A stretch of 64,000 nucleotides of DNA from the human T2T-CHM13v2.0 reference genome, Homo sapiens. Both the position numbers and the translations under genes were made by a program. The stretch lies in the NCBI RefSeq assembly GCF_009914755.1, contig NC_060930.1, one strand, 5' to 3'. This document shows positions 56,201 through 64,000 of the stretch, piece by piece; position 1 is the first letter of the stretch, and every line of letters begins with the position of its first letter. The notes beneath the pieces were generated by a model that searched no databases, was not told the DNA's origin, and saw nothing but the letters and a program-made list of their open reading frames with translations.

Positions 56201-58682
56201 TTTGAGGTGTCCTTGCCGTCCAACTGTACATGGCAGGCTTAGGGACTTGATTTCCTTAATTCCAGGGTTTCCTCAAAGGTGCAGAATTAAGGAGAGAGAG
56301 CAGTTATGGAAGTGATGCTTAGGGAGAAAATCTTAAAACTCCTACCACCTGGGCAGCCAGAGACACATCTGGGTTCCAAAAGTGCAAGGTGGGAACTTCC
56401 ACAATGGGAATTCTTTCCAACAGATAACACAATGTTTAGAATATGTGATTGTTTCTTTGCCAAAACATTTTTTAAGCAATTAGGACTTATAGAGCTTTCT
56501 GCTTATTATCAAATAAGAGATTCAAGCCTCTTCTTTGTGACAGCACTTTAAAAATAAGATACAAAGGCTGAATATCCCCACAGTCTTAGAGTCCCTATGG
56601 AGTAATGGTACTTATTCAAAGGCTCTCAAGCCCCTTGTGGCTCTTGCATAAGCTCTTCGAGTACTCTTATTTTCATACAAGAATACTGTATTATTCTAGA
56701 CTCCACAGGGATGACGTAATCTAGTGGCTCCAGGGGAAGCAGTGATTGCAAATGAGGCCAGAGTTAGATGACACAGAGACACTGCATATTAGATCAGGAG
56801 GCTGTCCCAATTCCAGAATTAGAGACTACTGCTAAGAAGAAATGAGAAATATACATCTGTGCATGGGCAGCTGTTTGTATACAGTGCTGTTATATTTTGT
56901 GAATATCAGTTGTTTTACTAGATGTTTCTCTACAGTTGATAGTTATGTAACTTGAATAATATAAAACCTGTATAATTACTTTATCTGTTAGACAAATATG
57001 TAGATTTTGTTGATTAGATATATTATAAAGTAGGTAATCTTTCACTTTGGAAGCCATTTAAATAAAACTCAGTTCATGTGATCAAGTAAGGCCACTGGCT
57101 TTTTTCTTTTTTTTTTTCTTTTTAAGTTGTGAAGCAAGTAAGAAGAGAAGATAATTTGTTCTGCAGGTCTAATTGCTGGCTATGTGATTTAGGAAAGAAG
57201 GATAATTTCTCTTAAGATGAAAGATTAAGTAATTGAAAACAAATTTAAATTCATTACACTAAAACAGGAAACTTATAGCAAAAAAATCAGAAATGAAAGC
57301 ATTTTGAAATTCCTAATGGTTTTGAGAAATCTCAAGCTACACTGCATAGACTGTGGTTCTCTGTAGATGATGGCTGTTGTACTGCTCAGTATCTTTTACC
57401 TTTATTCTTTTTTATCTTTCTTTTTAAATTTCAGCCTAAAAAGAGGCTTTTCAACTAGAACAAGTTACATCCGCATGAAAGTACTCTTGAATCAAAATGT
57501 CCACAATTTACTTCCAGAGAATTTGAACCTCATCATTTATATGTTCAAGTTTTCTGTTCTTTGTTACAGAAAAAACAGTTAGCTATGGATGCAAACAACA
57601 CTTTTACATTAAATCAAAAGACTTCTTTTTCCCCATCTTTTATTTGCACCCCTCACTTGGTCCTCAAAAATGACCTTTCTCTGCTAGTCTACCTTCAAGA
57701 CTGATAGGTTGGATATTTCCTGCTAGCAAATTTTTTGGAAAACACAAACTTTTTATTTATGAAAAACTGTTTATATTTTATTCCTTCCAATTTTTATTCA
57801 GAAGAAGGTACAGCAAGGAATCAATTTGACTATTTAATAGTTAAGTCATGAATGATTGGTTGGTTAAAAGATTTGCTAAGAGGAGACTGGTGTTTATTTG
57901 GATTGGAAAATAAAAAATTTTCAAGCAATAGAAATCCAGTAAGAATGAATTAAGCAAAACAAGTGAATAAAATTTAAATGATGCAATTTTAAAAAATTTA
58001 TGAGGTTACAGGTGTGTCTCATGGAACTTAAGTACAGAAATGTAACCTAGATTCTTAGCCGCAATAGGAGAATATCATCAAGATGAAAGATAACATTTAT
58101 TCTTTATTTTTCATCTTTCTCTCTTTATTCTCTTTCTATAAGATTCCTCTGCTTTTCATTCTACATGACAAGCAAACGATAATCACTTCACAGTTTTTAA
58201 TTTAACTCTTCTTTCAAGAAGCCAGTCTAGAATAAACTAGAATGCCTTAGCACAGTTTAAAATTGCCAGATGATGAAATCTAACTGGGTTGTTTGGATCA
58301 GGGATCCAACTCTGGTCTCTTCATCAGTGGCTGAGTGCAGGGAATATTCATAGTAGGCAAACATACCTGTGCTCTAGACAGCCCAAAGAAACTAGGCCAA
58401 CCCTGCCCACTCCCCAAGTTTCCTATTACTTAAAATCCAAATACTACTAGACATAATTTGTTTGTACAGCTAGAAGGGTGGCTAATTCACGCTCAGATTC
58501 AAATCCATGTGCAAGGTATCCTTGAAAACACTAATATTAACTTGGCTTTCTCCATTCAATCTAAATATAATGAAATGTAAACTCCAGAGAGATAGGAGTT
58601 AGTGTTCGGGTTAGTGTCTTATCTTTTCTGAAGGACATAGACCCACAAAAGGGAACTTTATATCACTAACCATTTCATGTAT

Positions 58683-59331
58683 TGTGTCTGGAATTGGTTC
58701 CTTCTGGTGGGTTCTTGGTCTCACTGACTTCAAGAATGAAGCCACAGACCCTCACAGTGAATGTTACAGTTCTTAAAGATGGTGCGTCTGGAGTTTTTCC
58801 CTTCTGGTGGGTTCATGGCCTAGCTTGACTTCAGAAGTGAAGCCACAGACCTTCGCAGTGAGTATTACAGCTTATAAAGGTAGTGCGGCCCCAAACAGTG
58901 AGCAGCAGCAAGATTTACTGTGAAGAGCGAAAGAACAAACCTTCTACAGCATTGAAGGAGACACCAACAGGTTGCCACTGTTGGCTCTCGTGGCCAGCTT
59001 TTATTCCCTTATTTGGCCCCACCCACATACTGCTGATTGGTCCATTTTCCAGAGTGCTGATTGGTCCGTTTTTACAGAGTGCTGATTGGTGCATTTATAA
59101 ACCTTTAGCTAGATACAGAGCACTGATTGGTGCGTTTTTACAGAGTGCTGATTGGTGTGTTTACAAACCTTTAGCTAGACACAGAGCACTGATTGGTGTG
59201 TTTTTACAGAGTGCTGATTGGTGTCTTTACAAACCTTTAGCTAGAACTGGTGTGTTTACAGTCCTTTAGCTAGACAGAAAAGTTCTCCAAGTCCCCACCC
59301 CACTCAGAGACCCAGCCAGCTTCACCTCTCA
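58683..59331 (-). mobile_element. ERV9 solo LTR (LTR12 family, short form)
   Basis: Reverse complement begins tgagaggtgaagctggctggg...ggggacttggagaact and ends ...gacaca. The U5 unit 'tgacttca(a)gaa..gaagccacagacc' is duplicated. TSD gtat/gttt. Confidence 0.95.
59031..59221 (-). promoter_or_regulatory. Array of 7 CCAAT (NF-Y-type) boxes in LTR12 U3
   Basis: ctgattgg units with ATTGG at ~59036, 59060, 59085, 59126, 59151, 59192 and 59217. A TATA-like AATAAAA lies on the minus strand near 59000. Activity untested. Confidence 0.7.
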
Positions 59332-59789
59332 GTTTCATTACAGAAAATCAAGATACAGTCTCAATTTAAATTTAATTTAGCTTTAATTAAGATATACATT
59401 TTTTCTTCCAGTGTAGTACCTATTGGATTACTGACAAAAATGTATGTGGAAATCCCTAATAATAGTTCCTATAGTAGTTCATTCTGTGAAATTCGAACAA
59501 ATTTTGCTTTAAAACTCCTTTATAAACTCTTTATTCTCTTGACAATAATGTATTCATCCTCTAATATGTGCTAGGCATAGTTTTTGTGACTTTTTTCAGA
59601 AATGTTTAAAACAAAGCCCAATCCACATGAAGTTTACCTTGAAGTGGGGGGTGATGGACCAGAGAAATATAAACTTGTAAATAAACAGAGTTCATTAAGT
59701 GATGATAAATCACTTCACTGCGTCGAGGCCTAAAGCAAGTTAGAGATTTGGAGCAACAACATGGGTGAGGTGTTATTGGTATAAGTGGG

Positions 59790-60910
59790 TCAGGAACCAC
59801 CTGTCTGTAGAGGGAGGAGACCTCTGAGCACAGAGCTGGAGCAAGCTGGGAATAGAGTCAAGGGATCTCAGGTAACAGCATGGACAAAGGCCCTGCAGCA
59901 GGACAGTATTTGTTGTTGAGGGGAACTGAGACCAGTGTGTGTGGGAGTAGACTGAGTGAAAGGAGAAGAGAGTGGTGGGAGATGAATGTTGAGAGTGGTA
60001 ATAGGAAGGGAAGGGGCTTAAAAAACTATAGTATGTGGAAAATACTTTGGAATTAATGAAGTGTGTGGAAAAAAACAGAGGATTTTGAGCAGCGAAGTGA
60101 TAGAATTTAACTACTGTTTGACTAACAGCCTTTAGTGGAGTTAAGTTAATGATGCCAGTTAGGTCTTTGAACTACTGAGAAAGTGCAGGTTAGAGATGAT
60201 GATGGTTTGGAGTAAGCAGGAAGTAGTGAAGATTGCAAGGAGTTTTTAAGTTCTGTATAAAAATGTACCTGATAAAAGTGGTTGTAGGATCTCCCCAGGT
60301 TCCCCCACCATCTTGTGTCCTGACCGAAAATCGCAAATCACTCAGTGCCTTGAGTGCTCTGTGACCCAGCCAGGTGCAAGTTTTCCAGGCAGGCTTGAAA
60401 ATTCCGAGGCACTGATAAAGGCATTTAGATTGTTGCCTGAAACAGTGAAAGAAACTGGTCTAGGCCGTGAGCCAAATTCATTCAACTCTCATCAAAACTC
60501 CATACTCTGATTTCCTTGCCATGGACGTATCGGAGTAGACATAAATCCCTTTTTCCTTGCCGTCTGTAGTGAGGAATGCTGCAGTACTCTGTAAGTGTCC
60601 TTAATAAATGCTTTGGTCTAATCGCCTGGTGCTTAGCAATCTTTCTTTGGAATTCTAATCAGGCCCATCTCAGGATGGTTTGGGGCACTCCCTTGTGGGA
60701 ACTCCCCTGCTGCTGACTTTAGGTGACTCCAGCCACTGCACGTTCAGCAGGATGAAATAGTGTTGCAGGGTGTGAGGGAAACAACGTGCATAAGGATGTA
60801 ACCAGGAATTTTAGCTTCAGCAACTAGTAGAAAAGAAATTGTATTTACTGAGATGAAAGAAAATGAGTACAGAACAGGTTTTGAAGAAAGTGGAGAAACG
60901 TGTTGGGTTA
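59790..60910 (-). mobile_element. L2 fragment split by the LTR at 60283-60759
   Basis: 'ggtaacagcatggacaaaggccctgcagcagg', 'gcaggttagagatgatgatggtttgg' and 'ttttagcttcagcaact...tttactgagatg'. Confidence 0.75.
60283..60759 (+). mobile_element. ERVL-class solo LTR (possibly LTR47-like)
   Basis: Starts TG and ends 'aaata' (decayed CA). AATAAA at ~60603. 5-bp TSD gtggt/gtgtt. Interrupts an L2. Confidence 0.75.
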
Positions 60911-61519
60911 TAGCTGGCACTTCGATTTGTAAGCAAGTACATACATCCCTATTAACAATATTACAGTGAATAATCTATATTTGCAATGAACATTTGTAGA
61001 AAACAATAGGATTTAAATGCTGTAAGTGGCAATTAACATTAATAGCTATTGGAAAAATACATTAGGAAACTTTTATTTTTTAAGATTTAAAATGCTATTT
61101 GTAATGCCACTGCTTAAAATGAAGTGTCCTGATGCAGAAAGTGAATACTTTTTTTTTTTTCACATTCAGGAATCTAAGAAAATGTAAGCTTTAACAAAGT
61201 TTTTTGTGTTATTTTTTCTTCTGAACTCTATAAATAAATTCAGATTTGTTTTTTCTTTTCATCAGGACACCTGCATTTTAATTACGCCTTCTTGGTATAA
61301 AAGATTTCTCCTTCGGAGTGAATGCAGCTTTCCTTTTATCTTTTCTCTCAATGCCCCAGACTCTAAAGTGGTTTAGGGACCAGGTAGGTAACACAAGAGA
61401 GAGTAGTGGGATGTCTAGTAAACTGTGGACAGATAAAATTTGTGGCTGTGAGTCAGTTTTGGTCAATTGTTGCCATTTACAGAATAGGGACACATATTGT
61501 AGCCAGGCCTTCTAATTTT

Positions 61520-61740
61520 ATAAAAGAAAATAAATCTATATATTAAAATCTATATAGATTTTATAAGAATCTTTATAAAATTTATATTTTAAAATCTATA
61601 TATAAATATATGTAGATTTTATATAAAACAGATTTAATAAAACATCTGTATTTTAACATCTATATATTAAAATCTATGTAGAATTTATATAGAGATTTTA
61701 ATATATAGGTTTATTATGCATATATAAATGTCTCAATATT
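61520..61740. repeat. AT-rich low-complexity tract with direct and inverted repeats
   Basis: 'tctatatattaaaatctat' occurs twice, and its near reverse complement 'agattttaatatatag' lies at ~61693. Confidence 0.8.
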
Positions 61741-62687
61741 TAAAAGTTAGCACCATTTTAAAAACATTGTAAGACCAAAACAAAACATGCTAAATTCAGT
61801 CTCTGATAAGTCAATTAGTAATACCTGTTGTAATTTGGTACCTGCATTTACTCCTAGCCCCTCACAGAATATTGATTCCCTCAGTACTGCTATCAATATT
61901 CATTGTACATTACCAAAAAAAAAAAACCCTTAATGATTAAATGTATTCTCATTAATAGGTGAATGGTTTATTCTAGATGGGGATCTGTACCTAAAACCTT
62001 AGAGTTATGATGACAGAGTCCAATGCATAACCCAAATTGTTAACATTCCTTTAGCAATTTTATGTGTCAGACACCACTATACAAAGAGACTTATTACATC
62101 ATATCTTAATCCTGAAAATTAAGAAACCTAAAAGCTAAATGTCTCTCTGCAGAGTATATGACTAGCAAATAGTAGAGCTGGGCTTTGAATAAAATATGCC
62201 TAAATCCCAGATGTGTAACTGCTATGCAATATTGCCCCAAAAAGATTTAAAATGTCCAACTTTTAGAGACTTTTTACCAAGCGATTTAATGTAACATGTG
62301 CTCTATTTTGCTCTTACAATTATCTGATTACATTGTGTACTGTTTTCCTGATAATGGCTTTCTCTAATCTTAGCACCTAAGATACGAAGGAGCTGCTTTG
62401 CTGTAACCAAAGGCTAGAGTGGTAAGGTGGTGGGTGACTTTACATTTGAAAGGGTCTTGAATGGCTAAAGAACAATCTGTTTTTATTTAAAGACTTCCAA
62501 GTAGGCATTTTACTTCAATACACTTCTAAAGCTATGATTTCATTAGAGTTGGGGTCCTAAATTAATAGGCCTTTCTTGTTTTCTCCTTTTTCTTCATAGG
62601 CAATAATCTTAAAGACCATGTTCTTTGGAAGCTAGTGTTGCTAAATTTTTCTTAAAAGTAAGCAGTTCTGTTCTCATTCTGCTTTTC

Positions 62688-62919
62688 TGTTTGTTTTTTT
62701 TCTTTTTTTTATTCTTTTATTCTTTTTTTTTCTTTTTTTAATATTATTATTACACTTTAAGTTTTAGGGTACATGTGCACAACGTGCAGGTTTGTTACAT
62801 ATGTATACATGTGCCATGTTGGTGTGCTGCACCCATTAACTCATCATTTAACATTAGGTATATCTCCTAATGCTATCCCTCCCCCTCCCCCCACCCCACA
62901 ACAGTCCCCGGAGTGTGAT
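62688..62919 (-). mobile_element. Severely 5'-truncated young L1PA 3' end with 15-bp TSD
   Basis: Degenerate poly-T, then 'actttaagttttagggtacatgtgcacaacgtgcagg...ccccggagtgtgat'. TSD ctcattctgcttttc at 62673-62687 and 62925-62939. Confidence 0.95.
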
Positions 62920-63049
62920 AGCTCCTCATTCTGCTTTTCAATTTTGCCTTCCAGGCAAGTGGAATGTGAAACAAAAATTTAACATTTTCCCTTATGCAAG
63001 AACATACTCTTCCATATAAATTTTTGTAATTTTTTGAAACTTGTCATTA

Positions 63050-64000
63050 CACAAAACGTTATATATAATATGTAGGCAGGTTTTAAATAATAGTAAAATT
63101 TAAAAAAGCATAGATGTGTACTCATCACACAGTCTAAATGCTGTAAATTACTAGTACATACTTAGAATCCCTATGTGTGCTTAAATAATTGCATCCTTCT
63201 GTCTACCAATTGCTACCCACTCACTCCCCAAGAAATAACCACTATGCCAACCTTTGTGTTAATCACTGTTACTATTTATAGATTTATGTTGTATGTATAC
63301 TTAAATAGCATATTATTAACTGTTGCCTATTTTTGAAATTTATATAACAATATTGCATATATTCTTCTATGAATTTCTTTTTACTCAGTATTAGTTTTGG
63401 ACATTTAGCCATGTTGATGCATGTGGTTGTACCTCATCTTCATTGAGGTATAATGTTCTATTATATGTCTCTTTTGATATTTTGTATTCTGAATGGACTC
63501 TTGGTTTGTTTTCATTATTTTACTATTATAAACAATGCATCTGTGAATACACATGTATGTATGTGTATATATATGTGTATACACATATATATACACATAT
63601 GTATCTGAATGTGTTTATATAGATGTACATGTGTGAGAATTTATCTGTTATTGTATTGTCAACTCTTCTAGATAATGACATTCACACAGTGGATGGATGT
63701 ATTCATTCTTACCAGCCATAGAAAATTTTTTTTGTTGTCATCGTAGATTTTCATCCATACTAGACATTTGCATATTTAGTTGATGTGAAATGATGTCTTA
63801 TTTTGCTGTTAGGGTTCCTCTGGTTAATAATGAATTTGAAGAGAGCTTTAAAAATATTAATCGAGAACCATTTTCTTCCATCAGAATTATATGGTTTAAA
63901 ATTTGCTTTCATAAGAATCTGTTACTACTACAAAATTACTTCATTCTTAGGTACCTGAAAATATCATTAGTTTTGTTAATGAGAGATAGTTTACTGGATA
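63050..64000 (-). mobile_element. Ancient L1ME-type 3' region with an internal (TA/TG) repeat at ~63546-63635
   Basis: 'ttactattataaacaatgcatctgtgaatac', 'ttcattcttaccagc' and 'gtgaaatgatgtcttatttt'. Confidence 0.7.

Noticed and set aside
58883-59269. Repetitive 128-aa ORF or CRISPR-like array
   Set aside because: These are tandem U3 CCAAT repeats of LTR12 with no unique spacers, in eukaryotic DNA.

Overview
Primate (human-like) AT-rich, repeat-dense non-coding nuclear DNA, either a large intron or intergenic. I found no protein-coding exon. Every recognisable ORF in the track is a LINE-1, Alu, LTR or mitochondrial remnant. Repeats: L1PA/L1PB/L1M fragments, 7 Alus plus a single Alu arm, a full-length 7SL retrocopy, MaLR/ERVL/ERV9 solo LTRs (several with readable TSDs), L2/MIR relics and microsatellites. 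The standout is an ~817-bp scrambled NUMT (444-1260). It joins four non-contiguous mtDNA pieces in alternating orientation (ATP8/ATP6 +, tRNA-Ala/Trp inverted, ND4L +, COX1 inverted) through 0-3-nt microhomologies. It sits in L1 ORF2 with a ~6-bp deletion and no TSD. The window also holds at least four locally templated duplications or insertions (9016/10400, 20142/21239, 28931-29317/31566, 50620-50671) that resemble microhomology-mediated repair scars. I see no novel multi-gene system. Subfamily calls and mtDNA comparisons come from recalled consensus sequences, not database searches.
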